64,000 nucleotides of DNA from Kiritimatiellia bacterium (GCA_045599105.1 JAZRVL010000043.1:1103-65102); one strand, 5' to 3'; counted from the stretch's first letter, positions 33,208-44,403 are shown. Notes: generated by a model from the sequence alone, not told the origin. Program-made: numbers and translations.

Positions 33208-33713
33208 AGCGCTTATTTTCAATTATTGCACTTTCCCTTATTGCTGGCTGCGGACCTTTTTGGGTGAACCCCTACATCACCGTTAGGGAAAGCTCGCTTA
33301 ATTGGGTGGCGATTCACTACTACAATATGCGCTCAAGTCCGATTCGGCGAATTGGCGTGGAGCTATACGGCAATGGACTGGTGATTGTCAAAAAGGGCGC
33401 GAGCGAACTCGTCTCCAACGACTTCGCCAAGCGCTACCAGAGTGAAGATTGGCAAAATATCAAAACTTTGCGAATCAACATTGACCCCCAAGACGCTCAT
33501 CACATCATGCAGAACTTGGTCAACTTCGGCGTCCTTGATCGAGAGAAAACGGGCAAAGCGTCAAGCAAGGAGGTTTATGACCGCTTCGTTGCGGTCAAGG
33601 CGAACATTTGCGGCAATACCTACTCCGAGAACGTCAACATCTTCGAGGCCGACCCCGATTTGGCCGAGCAATTGGTGGATGTGATTAGGGAGTTTGAAAG
33701 CCCCGCGCTTTGA
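33204..33713 (+). CDS. Hypothetical lipoprotein
   Basis: MKRLFSIIALSLIAGC lipobox. Confidence 0.7.
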   Translation: MKRLFSIIALSLIAGCGPFWVNPYITVRESSLNWVAIHYYNMRSSPIRRIGVELYGNGLVIVKKGASELVSNDFAKRYQSEDWQNIKTLRINIDPQDAHHIMQNLVNFGVLDREKTGKASSKEVYDRFVAVKANICGNTYSENVNIFEADPDLAEQLVDVIREFESPAL

Positions 33714-33755
33714 CGCATTGATGATTTTGCCGATAAATGATAAAATAAGCGCATT

Positions 33756-35429
33756 ATGACTATTCGAGGATTTTTAGAGAAGTGGGCCTTAGTCCATCCT
33801 AATTGGACGGCGAGCAAGAGCTACGACAACAAGGCGTGGAAATCGGTTTCGTACGGCGAAATGCTCAAAGGTGTGCGTGAAATTGCCGAGGGCTACGGGC
33901 GAAAGTTTGACTTAAAGAGCCGTGAGGACAATACCGCAATCATCCTGCAAAACTCCCCTACGTGGATGGAGGCGTACCTTGCGCAGGCGGGAGCGGGCGT
34001 TTCGGTAGTGCCGATTGACCCTAAACTTCATAACGACGAAGTTGAATACATTTTGAAGGACGCTTTAGTCAAGGTGGTGACGACCGACAAATCGCACCTA
34101 ATGATGCTTATGCGCATTGCCAAGAACTTGCCCAACCTCAAGGCGGTGGTGATCGTAGATGGCGTTATTAACGAGGGACAGAAGATTGACGAGCGAATTG
34201 ACGTCATTCATTATGACAAGCTGCGTATCGTAGGTGGCGGCAAGTGGTACGACGATAATCGCGCTGGTGACAATGACATCGCCTCCATCATCTACACCTC
34301 GGGCACGACCGGCAAGCCCAAAGGCGCGATGTTGACGCACGCGAACTTCATTGCGGACGCGGAAGGGGCGATCAAGGTCTTTGGGGCGCCGCTATCAAAG
34401 CGAGATTCGTTTTTTATAGTGCTACCGCTTTTCCATGCGTTTTCGTTTTGCGCCAACTTCGTAGTGCCGCTGGTGATTGGGTGTAAGATGTACTTTATGC
34501 AGTCCTTGCGCACCGTGGGCGGGGACATTCACGACTTGAAGCCGAGCGTACTTTGCGCAGTGCCGCTGTTGGCCGAGAAGTTGCACGACAAAATTGAAGA
34601 CGCACTTAAGAAGTCCAAGTTTGCGCAGTTCTTGATCAAGCTTGGGCTCAGGGGACCTGTGATGCACATGGTCAAGCTGCGCTTGGGCGGCAAGTTGCGC
34701 TTTATGATTACGGGCGGGGCGCCCTGTCCACGCCATGTGATGGAGAGCTTTAATCGGATTCACGTGCGCTTCCTCGAAGGGTATGGACTGACGGAGTGCT
34801 CGCCGATTGTTTCGGTGTGCCCGCCCGAGATTACCGAAATTGGGACGATTGGGCTGCCGATTAAAGGGATTGAAGTTCGCTTGGCCGACAAAAACGAGCA
34901 AGGGGTGGGCGAGTTGCAGATTAAGGGGCCCATTGTAATGCAAGGGTACTTCCACAACCCTGACGCTACGGCGGAGGCGTTCGAGGACGATGGCGGGCTT
35001 TGGCTTAAAACGGGCGATTTAGCGTCAATGGACGAGAAGGGGCTTATCACCATCAGGGGACGCAAGAAAGCGCTCATCGTCAATCGTGAAGGCAAAAACA
35101 TCTACCCCGAAGAGGTCGAAATCATGATCGCCAAGGAGCCGTGCGTGCAGGATGTGGTGGTTATCGGCTACACGCAAGGCGGCGACCCGGGCGAGAAGGT
35201 GGGGGCGATCGTTTACCCCAATGAAGAGTGGTTTAAGAGTGAGTATGGCGGCAACTTGCCGGCTTGGGAAGAAGTCGAAAAAGTGACGATTAAGCGCGCG
35301 CAGGAGAAGTGCGCGGAGCTTGCCGACTACAAGCGAGTTCGCAAACTGCTTGTCGTTAAAGAGCCACTGGTCAGAACTTCAATCGGCAAGGTGAAGCGCG
35401 TTTTCTACAAGGGAAAGCTTGACGAATAA
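33756..35429 (+). CDS. Long-chain fatty acid--CoA ligase (AMP-binding)
   Basis: YTSGTTGKPKG, EGYGLTE and TGD motifs; preceded by TGATAAAAT at 33738-33746. Confidence 0.9.
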   Translation: MTIRGFLEKWALVHPNWTASKSYDNKAWKSVSYGEMLKGVREIAEGYGRKFDLKSREDNTAIILQNSPTWMEAYLAQAGAGVSVVPIDPKLHNDEVEYILKDALVKVVTTDKSHLMMLMRIAKNLPNLKAVVIVDGVINEGQKIDERIDVIHYDKLRIVGGGKWYDDNRAGDNDIASIIYTSGTTGKPKGAMLTHANFIADAEGAIKVFGAPLSKRDSFFIVLPLFHAFSFCANFVVPLVIGCKMYFMQSLRTVGGDIHDLKPSVLCAVPLLAEKLHDKIEDALKKSKFAQFLIKLGLRGPVMHMVKLRLGGKLRFMITGGAPCPRHVMESFNRIHVRFLEGYGLTECSPIVSVCPPEITEIGTIGLPIKGIEVRLADKNEQGVGELQIKGPIVMQGYFHNPDATAEAFEDDGGLWLKTGDLASMDEKGLITIRGRKKALIVNREGKNIYPEEVEIMIAKEPCVQDVVVIGYTQGGDPGEKVGAIVYPNEEWFKSEYGGNLPAWEEVEKVTIKRAQEKCAELADYKRVRKLLVVKEPLVRTSIGKVKRVFYKGKLDE

Positions 35430-36339
35430 TCGCTATTTGATCTGGCTTCACTGGCCGGAGAAGTGTTTTCAAGTTAAGCCCGACGATTTGAAGTTCTTTA
35501 AGTCGTTGGTAGATCCTCGAAGCACGGTTACGTGCGTTAAGCGTGAGCGAGAGTTTTTAAGCGCACTTAAAAATGCTACGCACGTTGTGAGCTGGACTTT
35601 CAAGGAAGAGTGGTTTTCGCGCGCGAGCAAATTGAAAATCCTTTCAACTCCAGCCGCAGGGCACGAGCTCATGCCCACGGCGGTGCCGGAGGGAGTGAAA
35701 CTTTGTTTTAGCCACTTCCACGGGCCCATAATCGCAGAGAGTGTCGTTGGCTTTATGCTCGCTTGGGCGCATGGATTTTTCGCTCGCTCCGAAGACCGTC
35801 GCCATCAACGAGTTTGGCTGTCGGATAAGTGTTATATGCTTGAAGGAACCAAAGCGCTCATTGTGGGGTACGGGAGGATTGGCAAGGTGATTGGCGAGAA
35901 ACTCAGGGCGCTTGGAGTTAAAGTTGAGGGCTTTACGAGAAAGAACATCAAACTCTTGCCCAAGTCTGCCGGCTTGGCCGATTGGCTGATTATGGCCTTA
36001 CCCGCCAATACGGCAACTGACAACTTGCTTGACGAGAAACTTTTGCGAACCTTGCCGCAGAAGGCGGTAGTCATAAACGTAGGTAGAGGAAATGCGATTG
36101 ATGAAAGTGCACTAATTGGTGCACTTAAAAAGCGGATGATAGCAGGCGCTTATTTAGATGTGTGCAAGTGCGAGAAGTCGGAAATTTGGAAAAGCAAAGC
36201 CAAAACGGCGAAGATAAGGGGAATTATTCCACCTAAGCCAAAGGTGCCCAACCTTGTTTTAATGCCTCACGCTTCCGCATTTAGCCCAGATTATTTCAAA
36301 CGCGCATTCAAGGAGTTTAAGCGTGAAGGGGTCATTTGA
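35419..36339 (+). CDS. D-isomer-specific 2-hydroxyacid dehydrogenase
   Basis: GYGRIG, INVGRG, GAYLDV and MPH motifs. Confidence 0.85.
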   Translation: MTNNRYLIWLHWPEKCFQVKPDDLKFFKSLVDPRSTVTCVKREREFLSALKNATHVVSWTFKEEWFSRASKLKILSTPAAGHELMPTAVPEGVKLCFSHFHGPIIAESVVGFMLAWAHGFFARSEDRRHQRVWLSDKCYMLEGTKALIVGYGRIGKVIGEKLRALGVKVEGFTRKNIKLLPKSAGLADWLIMALPANTATDNLLDEKLLRTLPQKAVVINVGRGNAIDESALIGALKKRMIAGAYLDVCKCEKSEIWKSKAKTAKIRGIIPPKPKVPNLVLMPHASAFSPDYFKRAFKEFKREGVI

Positions 36340-36736
36340 GGTAAACTCGCTCGAAGAGACTTGGCAAATCGCCAAAGAGTTCGCAAAGACATTGAAAAGC
36401 GGCGATGTAGTTTGCTTGGAGGGCGACCTTGGAGCCGGCAAGACCACCTTCACGCAGGGCTTGGCGGCGGCGTTGGGGGTGAAAGGGCGGGTAACTTCCC
36501 CTACGTTTTGCTTGGTTCAAGAGCACTTTCCTTTGGTTCACATGGACCTTTATCGATTAAATGACGAGCGCGATGTGCTGTCGATAGGGTGGGAGGATTA
36601 TCGCGAGCGAGGCGCCATCATCGTGGTGGAGTGGCCAGATCGCGCCAAGGGCTTGATACCGGAAACTGCCCATAGAGTAGTTCTGCGCTTGCTTGATGAA
36701 AAAAGTGAAAAAAGGCGTATTGACATACTATCATGA
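36323..36736 (+). CDS. tsaE: tRNA threonylcarbamoyladenosine biosynthesis ATPase
   Basis: GDLGAGKTT, TSPTF, HMDLYRL and VEW motifs. Confidence 0.93.
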   Translation: MKGSFEVNSLEETWQIAKEFAKTLKSGDVVCLEGDLGAGKTTFTQGLAAALGVKGRVTSPTFCLVQEHFPLVHMDLYRLNDERDVLSIGWEDYRERGAIIVVEWPDRAKGLIPETAHRVVLRLLDEKSEKRRIDILS

Positions 36737-36749
36737 GATTTGATACAAT
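36720..36749 (+). promoter_or_regulatory. Promoter of the polysaccharide export cluster
   Basis: TTGACA (36720) and TACAAT (36744) 18 nt apart, with extended -10 TG; 11 nt before ATG 36761. Confidence 0.7.
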
Positions 36750-36760
36750 TCATCCAAAGT

Positions 36761-37423
36761 ATGTCCAGATTATGTCCTATAGTCGTCTTTATGGCTCTCG
36801 CATGCTCGCTATTTTGCGGGTGTGAGACCATTTCGGAGTCTTTTTCGGAGCGCGAGAAAGTCGATGCTGGGGTAGTCGCTACTTGGTGGGATGGCCCTTT
36901 AATTCGTCCTGGAGTTGCGCTTATCATTCAAGTTGGCACTTCGGCAACTCCGCCAGTTACCGTCAATGCGCTTGTGGATCAAAATGGCGACATTACCATG
37001 CCCATTCTCCTTCAAGAGCCAGTATCGTGTGACGGTTTGACTTTGGAGGGGCTTCGCCAAAAATTGGTGAAGGAGTATTCCGCTTATTATCGTCAGCCGC
37101 AAGTGACGGTGACTTTCGCGCCTTATGATGGCAAAGGCGTGAGCCCTTGGGGGACGATCACGGTGTTGGGCGAGGTCGGCTCGCCAGGGCCGGTAAACAT
37201 CCCTTCGACGATGGAGCTGACCGTGACTAAGGCGTTACAAATGGCAGGCGGGCTAAAGCCATTTGCGGATCGTACATCGATTCGTGTTACTCGCTGCGAA
37301 AAAGATGGCACGCAGGTGCGCACTTATGTGGATTTAAAGGAAATCGGCAAGGACGGACGCGTCGACAAGGATATGATCCTTAGGGCGGGCGACGTCGTTT
37401 GGGTCCCGGAAACATGGTATTAA
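36761..37423 (+). CDS. Short OPX/Wza-family polysaccharide export lipoprotein (PES domain plus one SLBB domain)
   Basis: LFCGC lipobox; VD.NG.I.MP, VLGEV..PG, AGG and LRAGDVVWVP motifs; ends immediately after the SLBB domain. Confidence 0.85.
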   Translation: MSRLCPIVVFMALACSLFCGCETISESFSEREKVDAGVVATWWDGPLIRPGVALIIQVGTSATPPVTVNALVDQNGDITMPILLQEPVSCDGLTLEGLRQKLVKEYSAYYRQPQVTVTFAPYDGKGVSPWGTITVLGEVGSPGPVNIPSTMELTVTKALQMAGGLKPFADRTSIRVTRCEKDGTQVRTYVDLKEIGKDGRVDKDMILRAGDVVWVPETWY

Positions 37424-37459
37424 AGTTATATTAAGATAGCAACATAAGGAAATAAGAAA

Positions 37460-38329
37460 ATGAAAAAAATTATGGTAGTTTTGGTTGCAGCGCTCGCAAG
37501 CGTGGCGTTCGCCAAGGATATGTCAATTGAAGAAGCGCGTGCAAATATTGGTGAGTGCATCACCAATATGTCGCAGCTTACGGAAACTATGAAGAGTCTT
37601 AGCGCCGAAGATCAGAAGCGCTTCCTCTCGGATATTAATGAGGCGATTAGTCGTATGCCTGGATCTAACGAGGCCAAGGCGGCGGCTTTTTTGAACGCCA
37701 ACCGTGCGGCGTTTAAGGGCGCGAAGAAAGGCAACCTTTCGACGTTGATTGCTGAGACTTTCGCAACGGTCCCGGTTGAGTCGCTTACGTTCCTTAACGA
37801 GCGCTTTGCGGCGGATCTCTTTAACCGCTCGGCGGATCCGTCACTTAGCTACACGGATGAGCAATTCTCCAAGATTGCCAAAGAGTTGACCGCAAAAATT
37901 GGTACGCGCCTTGCTCGGGTTGACAACGGTCCTGAGCGCCAGGCGTTTGCGGTGTTGATGCTCGTTCGCGCTTCGAATGGCTCGCCAGCGGGACTGCAGG
38001 ATGAGCTTGTCAAGACCCTCCCTCCACCAGCTTGCGATAGCGCTGGCGATTGGATTAACGATGCGCTCTCGGGCAGTTACGATAAGTTTTTGGACGCGGC
38101 GGGCGCTGGCATGTACCCTAACTATCGTGAGGCAATGGTCTATAGCGGTGCGCAGTTGCCGGAGTCAATGCTTGGCTTCGTCGTCGAACAGACTCCGTTC
38201 ATCACTACCGACGGCGAGGAGATTGGCAAGGCCTTTTATACTGCGTATCAGGAAAACGATAGCACGCCCAGCGTAATTCCGATCGTTGAGCCAGGTGGTT
38301 ATCTCGGTCAAGATCCAGGACAACTTTGA
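37460..38329 (+). CDS. Hypothetical exported alpha-helical protein
   Basis: Signal peptide MKKIMVVLVAALASVAFA; TAAGGA upstream. Confidence 0.8.
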   Translation: MKKIMVVLVAALASVAFAKDMSIEEARANIGECITNMSQLTETMKSLSAEDQKRFLSDINEAISRMPGSNEAKAAAFLNANRAAFKGAKKGNLSTLIAETFATVPVESLTFLNERFAADLFNRSADPSLSYTDEQFSKIAKELTAKIGTRLARVDNGPERQAFAVLMLVRASNGSPAGLQDELVKTLPPPACDSAGDWINDALSGSYDKFLDAAGAGMYPNYREAMVYSGAQLPESMLGFVVEQTPFITTDGEEIGKAFYTAYQENDSTPSVIPIVEPGGYLGQDPGQL

Positions 38330-38350
38330 TTTTTTTAGGAGAACAAGACA

Positions 38351-39598
38351 ATGAAAACTAACCTTAAATGGATGACCTCGTTGGCGGTGATGTTTGCTAT
38401 GTTTGTGGCAAATGCTGAAATTATGGATCGCCCTAACGGCATTAAACTTACCGAGCGTCTCACTTTGAGGCCGTATGTCGCAATTTCGGCGTCGTACGAT
38501 ACCAATTCTGATCGTCGTAGTGGCGGTGATGAAAATGTAGTGTGGACGGTTAACCCCAATCTCGATATTAGCTACAAGGCGGAGCAGTGGGTGCTGAACA
38601 TGAATTTGTACTATCAGTACAATGCCGAAAGCCGCAATCGCAACTCGCACGCAGACAATAACTACCATGGTTATGGCGAGCAGATCAACTTCACTTGGTC
38701 GGATTCGCTGCCTGGCGAGAGGGGATGGTCGATTACGTTGAGCGAGAAGTATCACCGTGTCGGATATACCGATGATATGGATGTGGGTAATACTACCTAT
38801 TCACGTGACCGCCAAGAGTTTAAGTTTGGTGGCGCGATTCAGCGCACTTTTGGCAACGGCTTTCATGCGGACATCAACGCAGGCTACTATTGGATAGATT
38901 ATATTCATAGCAATAATAGTGCTTATGGATGGGATCGCTACAATGTTGGCGCGGAAGTTGGTTATGCTGCCTCCCCCTATACCGACATCTTGGTCGCTGG
39001 CGGATATCAGGGCTATCACCAAGACAATTCTGGCAGTCGTTATGGCATTGATCAAAATAATTCGCGTGGGTGGACACTTCAAGTCGGTCTTGGCTCGTTT
39101 GCAACTCAGCGTATTACCTATCGTCTTCTCGCCGGTTGGAGCCAGTTCCGCTATGGCGGGCGTAGTGGCAAGAGCGATAGCGGCTTTACTTATTCGGCAA
39201 GCGGCAGTTGGAAGATTTCCGAGACTTGGCACACGATGCTCCTTGCTTCAAGCTACTATCAGCCTTCTGAACGTGAGCAGGGCACTTCGCAGCGCGTAGA
39301 TGCAATTAGCTGGGGTATCGGGCATTCAATGATTCGTGGCAAGCTTGGTGCGTCGCTCGATTTTGCGTATCGCCGCGAAACAACTGCTCATGCGGGATAT
39401 GATGCGGCTGACTATGATCTTGATGTATTTTCAGTTCGCTTTGGACTTGATTATACGCTCAACCGATTCCTTGCAGTCTTTGCAAACTGCGAGTATCGTA
39501 ACCAAATGAAGTCAGGTGGTGGTTCGGCTACTCGCAGTCGCGATGCCTATGATTACGATCGTTTCCGTATTGGAGTCGGTTTGCGGCTTACTTACTAA
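38351..39598 (+). CDS. Outer-membrane beta-barrel protein associated with polysaccharide export
   Basis: Signal peptide; alternating aromatic/Gly strands; C-terminal RIGVGLRLTY beta-signal; located between OPX and Wzc. Confidence 0.8.
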   Translation: MKTNLKWMTSLAVMFAMFVANAEIMDRPNGIKLTERLTLRPYVAISASYDTNSDRRSGGDENVVWTVNPNLDISYKAEQWVLNMNLYYQYNAESRNRNSHADNNYHGYGEQINFTWSDSLPGERGWSITLSEKYHRVGYTDDMDVGNTTYSRDRQEFKFGGAIQRTFGNGFHADINAGYYWIDYIHSNNSAYGWDRYNVGAEVGYAASPYTDILVAGGYQGYHQDNSGSRYGIDQNNSRGWTLQVGLGSFATQRITYRLLAGWSQFRYGGRSGKSDSGFTYSASGSWKISETWHTMLLASSYYQPSEREQGTSQRVDAISWGIGHSMIRGKLGASLDFAYRRETTAHAGYDAADYDLDVFSVRFGLDYTLNRFLAVFANCEYRNQMKSGGGSATRSRDAYDYDRFRIGVGLRLTY

Positions 39599-40975
39599 GT
39601 GCAAAAGCTAATTACCAAATACGGATTAGCGGCGCATCTTGCCTTGTTGGCGGTAGCGCCGCTCTTCCTATCAGCGAGCGCGGTTCTTTATCTCGCAGCG
39701 TTAGCTACGATGTGGTTATTAATGGAACCATCGCGGGTTGGCAATGAAATGCTCCATGATGCTCGCAATCGAGTGATGGAGCGATTAGCAAAAGATCCGC
39801 TTTTTTGGGTATTGTTGGTTATAGCGGTTTTTGCGCTCATTAGGTTTCTTAACGATGGGATTCGTTTGGCGTATGATGCGGAGCATTATCTTTGGTATAT
39901 TGCCTCAGCGAACATTCCATTTCTTCCAGGCTCGGCCAATGGATTTGGATATTCAGAATTGGCAGTAGCAGTTTCGCTTGTAATATTGATTTCGGGTTGC
40001 CGACATGCGCTTGGCAAGTCAGCGCGGTATGCATTTTGTTTGGTAAGTTCACTAATTTCTGGATGTTTTGCGCTCTATTTGATTTTTAACTATTCTTCGG
40101 GCGATTCAGTTCTTGCAAAATTAGTTATGTGCACTTCTGATTGTCCAGTTTATCTTGGTTCAGCTTTTGGCGTGTATTTGGCGGTTTCAGTTATTGCGTT
40201 AGTGGCTACTTTTGAGCGCCATTGGTATTTAATGGTACCTTTTGCGATTATAGCAATTCTTGGCAACGCTTTGGGGCTATTCGTTTTTGCGCCACCATTG
40301 TCGGCGATAATATTTGGAGTGGTGGTAGTGCTTGTTTTTGGCTATTCTTTTGTTTATATTAAATTGCGACTTGGGAGCTACAATGAATTTAAATTCATGG
40401 TGATATTTTTTTCAACCTTAAGTATTGCAACAGTCGTATTGATAGCGTTGATGCCGAGCGAAGATATGACTACGAAACTTGCTGCCTACAACGAGGGCAT
40501 TTTGACGAAAGAGTTTTTCGCTATTCGAAGAACACTTTCAGATTTTGCATTCAAGGTGTGGAAGACTTGCCCATGGTTGGGTTCGGGTTTAGGTTCGTAT
40601 GCGATTGATTATAAGTTTTTTGCGGGCGCCACAGAATGGAAGATAGTTCCACCTTTGCAGTCAGCGCCGCTTAATGGATATTGGCTTTTACTTTTAGAGC
40701 GTGGCACAATAGGGGCGTTTATTATGGCGTGCCCATTAGTTTTGATGGCAATCACTTATGTAAGGCGGCTTATCGGTGGACTTAAACTGTCATTTCCTAA
40801 TCCAATGGCATTCATTGGACTGTTATTATTGTTGGCGATGATGGGCGAGGCGGCTTTTAATGTCAATATTTTATCACCTTGGATGATTTCTGCAGTGATT
40901 CCAATGTTTGCGCTTTCTGCGAGTTCATTTCTTAAGGAGAAGAAAGAAAATGTCCGACAAACCGCTTTACTATAG
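39599..40975 (+). CDS. O-antigen ligase/Wzy-like polytopic membrane protein
   Basis: About 11-12 hydrophobic segments; PWLGSGLGSY and NGYWLLLLERGTIG (Wzy_C-like) motifs. Confidence 0.7.
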   Translation: MQKLITKYGLAAHLALLAVAPLFLSASAVLYLAALATMWLLMEPSRVGNEMLHDARNRVMERLAKDPLFWVLLVIAVFALIRFLNDGIRLAYDAEHYLWYIASANIPFLPGSANGFGYSELAVAVSLVILISGCRHALGKSARYAFCLVSSLISGCFALYLIFNYSSGDSVLAKLVMCTSDCPVYLGSAFGVYLAVSVIALVATFERHWYLMVPFAIIAILGNALGLFVFAPPLSAIIFGVVVVLVFGYSFVYIKLRLGSYNEFKFMVIFFSTLSIATVVLIALMPSEDMTTKLAAYNEGILTKEFFAIRRTLSDFAFKVWKTCPWLGSGLGSYAIDYKFFAGATEWKIVPPLQSAPLNGYWLLLLERGTIGAFIMACPLVLMAITYVRRLIGGLKLSFPNPMAFIGLLLLLAMMGEAAFNVNILSPWMISAVIPMFALSASSFLKEKKENVRQTALL

Positions 40976-43361
40976 TTCTGGTAAATCTAGTCCAATGTAC
41001 TACGGCTCATCCAAGACGATGGCGTATGGTGGGGGCAAGGACCCTATGTATTATTCGAGCAATCAAGCGTATGGTGGCTCGTATGGAGTTTCGTATGGTG
41101 GTGCAGGTGGCTCTGGGCGTGGCGAAGATGGATCGATCGTTGGTACGATTACTTTGAGCCGTATGCTTCGCGTTATTTCTCAACGCTGGCTTTCAGTATT
41201 TGTCTTTTTATTGGTAGGCTTGGTTGTTTCGTTTGCGATTTATCGTATTTCGCCTACAATTTATGAGGCAACCAGTGAATTTACGATGGATATGCGCCGT
41301 TCGGTGGCGCGTGGACAAGATGCGCTTGCGCAAGCAATGCCAGACTATGGTGTCTCGTATGCGGAGATTCTTAATACGCGTACTCCTGAGTGGCGTTCAG
41401 ATAAGATCGTAAAGAAGATTGTTGATCACTATCGGGCGAATCATCCCGCCTCTACGGTTACCGAAGAAGAGCTCGTTTCTACGCTTGCTGGCTCCAAACT
41501 TGATTTGGTTAGAAACTCGCGTATTATCACTATTTCGGTTCGATCAAAGTCGAAGGAGCTTTGTGCGGCACTTGCCAATGCGTATGCGGAATCGATTGAA
41601 ACATTTACTGACGAGGAAAATAAGGTTCGTTGCGACAAGGCGGTAGCCCAGATTCATGCAAATGTTGAGAAGAAGCGTCGTGAAGTGGATAAAGTAGCAA
41701 AGCAGCTTTTGGATTTCCGTACTGCTAATAAGGTGGACAACTTGCGTTCATCGCGCGATACGCTTTCGCAGTCATTGTCCAAGGCCACTTCTGACTTACT
41801 CTCGTTAGAAAGTGAACAGACGCAGTTAGTTGAGTGGGAGAAAATGCTCGCAGCGGTTCAAAAAGATCCAACGAGCTATGGTAGTTTGGCAGTTAATGTC
41901 CCGCGTGCCCAAGAAATTGCAACTGAGTTCACCGCTTATCAAGATGCTGATGGGGCTTATCAACGTTTGCTTTTTGCTTTTACGGAGAATCACCCTGAAG
42001 TAATCACTGCTAAGAAATCAATGGAGCTTGCAAAGCAGCGCTTTTTGGATGCGGCTGCACGTGCGCTATTAACTGGGCGTTCAACACTACAAGTCACTCG
42101 CAATCAGCTTGCTAATCTAAAAACTCGCCAGGAGGAGCTGAGAAACGAGCTCGCTTCGGCAGAGCAACGTATTGTACTTGCGGAGTCAGGATTAGGTCAA
42201 CTTGAGGCCGAGTTTGGGGTGGCCAATCGTGTGCTTGAAGGTCTTATTCTTGATGAGAACAAAGCGCGCATTGATGCTGAATCTAATAACGAAATTGTGC
42301 GCGTTGGTCGTCCAGCACGGGTTCCGTCCAAGCCGATTCTTCCTAATCCCATGATTATTTTTGGCGCGGGTGCTTTCTTGTCAATTGCTTTTGGTATTTT
42401 GTTTGTATTAGTTGTAGATAATCTTGAAGATACCGTAGTTGACTTGTCGGACATTGAAGGGCGTCTTGCGCTTAAGGTGTTGGCAGTTTTGCCACACGTT
42501 CGTCGTAAGAAACGTGAGCAAGTTGCGAAGTTTTTGATAGAGGACAAGTATTCGCAATTTTCCGAAGCTGTGGCAGGTCTTCGTAACCTCTTGGATTCAC
42601 CACGTTATGAGGCGCTTAGCCATTGCGTGTTAGTGATTTCTACTCAACCCGGTGAAGGCAAGACAATCACTTCAACTTCGCTTGCGATTTCTTATGCTCA
42701 AGCGGGTAAGCGCACTTTGCATGTGGACTTTGACCTTCGTCGACCACGATTGGCGAGAATTTGGGGGCTCACGGATAAGTTGACAAAGGATACGAGCTTC
42801 TCGCATACTTTGCAAAATGCAAGTGATGAAAATCGCCCAGATTTTAGCAAGCTTATCAATCATAGCGAGCTAAAGAATTTGGATGTTATTTGTTCGCTAC
42901 TTCCTGACGGTGTTTCGCCAGCGACAATCTTTGGCTCGGCAGTTATTGCGGATTTCTTTGATTGGGCTCGCGCCAATTATGATCGCATCATTATTGACTC
43001 TCCGCCGTATGGTCTTGTGGGAGATGTGGTTTCGTTAGCAACTATGGTTGATTCGGCAATTATTATGTGTTGCCCAGATCGTACGCACTTTAAGCCAATT
43101 CAATATTGTTCTCGTTCGCTCGCCGAGGCGGGTGCAAACATCCTTGGAGTAATTGTGAATGATGTGGAAGTTTCCAGCGCCAAGGCATTCTCCCCATCGC
43201 ATCATCATAGTCGTAAATATGGTTACGGTTACGGTTATGGCTATGGCTACGGTTACGGCTATGGTTATGGCTATGCGCCAGGCAAGAAGGGCAAGAGCAA
43301 AAAGACGGTTGATAGCGCACAAACCGCAGCAGAGAAGGCGGCATTTAATGATGAAGAATAA
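40950..43361 (+). CDS. wzc: Polysaccharide co-polymerase / BY-kinase
   Basis: Two TM helices flanking a coiled coil; STQPGEGKT Walker A; [14 protein letters not shown]; C-terminal (YG)n cluster. Confidence 0.9.
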   Translation: MSDKPLYYSSGKSSPMYYGSSKTMAYGGGKDPMYYSSNQAYGGSYGVSYGGAGGSGRGEDGSIVGTITLSRMLRVISQRWLSVFVFLLVGLVVSFAIYRISPTIYEATSEFTMDMRRSVARGQDALAQAMPDYGVSYAEILNTRTPEWRSDKIVKKIVDHYRANHPASTVTEEELVSTLAGSKLDLVRNSRIITISVRSKSKELCAALANAYAESIETFTDEENKVRCDKAVAQIHANVEKKRREVDKVAKQLLDFRTANKVDNLRSSRDTLSQSLSKATSDLLSLESEQTQLVEWEKMLAAVQKDPTSYGSLAVNVPRAQEIATEFTAYQDADGAYQRLLFAFTENHPEVITAKKSMELAKQRFLDAAARALLTGRSTLQVTRNQLANLKTRQEELRNELASAEQRIVLAESGLGQLEAEFGVANRVLEGLILDENKARIDAESNNEIVRVGRPARVPSKPILPNPMIIFGAGAFLSIAFGILFVLVVDNLEDTVVDLSDIEGRLALKVLAVLPHVRRKKREQVAKFLIEDKYSQFSEAVAGLRNLLDSPRYEALSHCVLVISTQPGEGKTITSTSLAISYAQAGKRTLHVDFDLRRPRLARIWGLTDKLTKDTSFSHTLQNASDENRPDFSKLINHSELKNLDVICSLLPDGVSPATIFGSAVIADFFDWARANYDRIIIDSPPYGLVGDVVSLATMVDSAIIMCCPDRTHFKPIQYCSRSLAEAGANILGVIVNDVEVSSAKAFSPSHHHSRKYGYGYGYGYGYGYGYGYGYAPGKKGKSKKTVDSAQTAAEKAAFNDEE
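43218..43274 (+). repeat. (TAY-GGY)n repeat encoding the Wzc tyrosine cluster (10 Tyr)
   Basis: TATGGTTACGGTTACGGTTATGGC... Confidence 0.9.
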
Positions 43362-44385
43362 GCGTTGTATTGTAACTGGAGGGTGTGGATTTATTGGCTC
43401 TGCACTTGTTCGACATTTGGTGCGTGAAGGCGCCAAAGTGTTAGTTATTGACAAGCTTACTTATGCAGGAGTAGTTGAGTCGCTCAAGGAAGTAGAGGGT
43501 AAATACGAGCTTTTGGTTGCTGATATTTGTAATCAAGAGTTGATGGACAAGGCATTTTTTGAGTTTAAACCAGACACCATTTTTCACCTTGCTGCCGAAA
43601 GTCATGTAGATCGCTCAATTGATGGACCAGGAGAGTTTATTCGCACCAATATTGTTGGCACGGCGACTTTGTTGCAAGCGGCGCTTAAATGGTGGCGTGA
43701 GCATCCTGCGTTTGTTTTTCAACATATTTCTACGGACGAGGTTTATGGGACGTTAGGCGAGAGTGGCTACTTTACCGAGCACACTCCATATTCTCCCCAT
43801 TCTCCTTATTCAGCTTCAAAAGCATCAAGCGATCATCTCGTTCGTGCTTGGCATGATACTTATGGTTTGCCGATTCGGCTTACCAATTGTTCCAATAATT
43901 ATGGCCCATACCATTTTCCGGAAAAGCTTATTCCGTTAGTGATTCTCAATTGCCTTGATGAGAAGCCACTGCCAGTATATGGTAAAGGTGCGAATGTCCG
44001 TGATTGGCTTTATGTTGATGATCATGTAAAGGCGCTTTGTTTGGTTAATGAAAAGGGCAAGGATGGTGAAACTTACAATGTCGGTGGACATAATGAGCGT
44101 ACTAATCTTGAAGTGGTAAAGACGGTTTGCGCGATCTTAGACGAGCTCAAACCGCGCGTAAAAGGTAAGTACGAAGATCTTATTACTTATGTCACTGATC
44201 GTCCAGGCCATGACTTGCGTTATGCGATTGATCCATCAAAACTAATGAATGAACTTGGCTGGAGACCAGAGGAGAACTTTGAGACTGGTATTCGCAAAAC
44301 GGTTAAATGGTATCTTGAGTCCTCGTGGTGGTGGAATCCGATTCACGAGAAGAAATATTCTGGTCAACGACTAGGTAAAATCTAA
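43348..44385 (+). CDS. rfbB: dTDP-glucose 4,6-dehydratase
   Basis: [33 protein letters not shown] and YSASK motifs. Confidence 0.95.
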   Translation: MMKNKRCIVTGGCGFIGSALVRHLVREGAKVLVIDKLTYAGVVESLKEVEGKYELLVADICNQELMDKAFFEFKPDTIFHLAAESHVDRSIDGPGEFIRTNIVGTATLLQAALKWWREHPAFVFQHISTDEVYGTLGESGYFTEHTPYSPHSPYSASKASSDHLVRAWHDTYGLPIRLTNCSNNYGPYHFPEKLIPLVILNCLDEKPLPVYGKGANVRDWLYVDDHVKALCLVNEKGKDGETYNVGGHNERTNLEVVKTVCAILDELKPRVKGKYEDLITYVTDRPGHDLRYAIDPSKLMNELGWRPEENFETGIRKTVKWYLESSWWWNPIHEKKYSGQRLGKI

Positions 44386-44403
44386 AAGAAAGAAGTGATT
44401 ATT

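Noticed and set aside
43218-43274. YG repeat as a phase-variation tract
   Set aside because: The 6-bp in-frame unit has synonymous variation; it is the expected BY-kinase Tyr cluster.
43159-43347. N-terminal extensions given by the ORF track (rfbB; similarly gcvPA at 25946 and ORFs at 12142 and 12758)
   Set aside because: They overlap upstream genes; family motifs and promoters indicate later starts.
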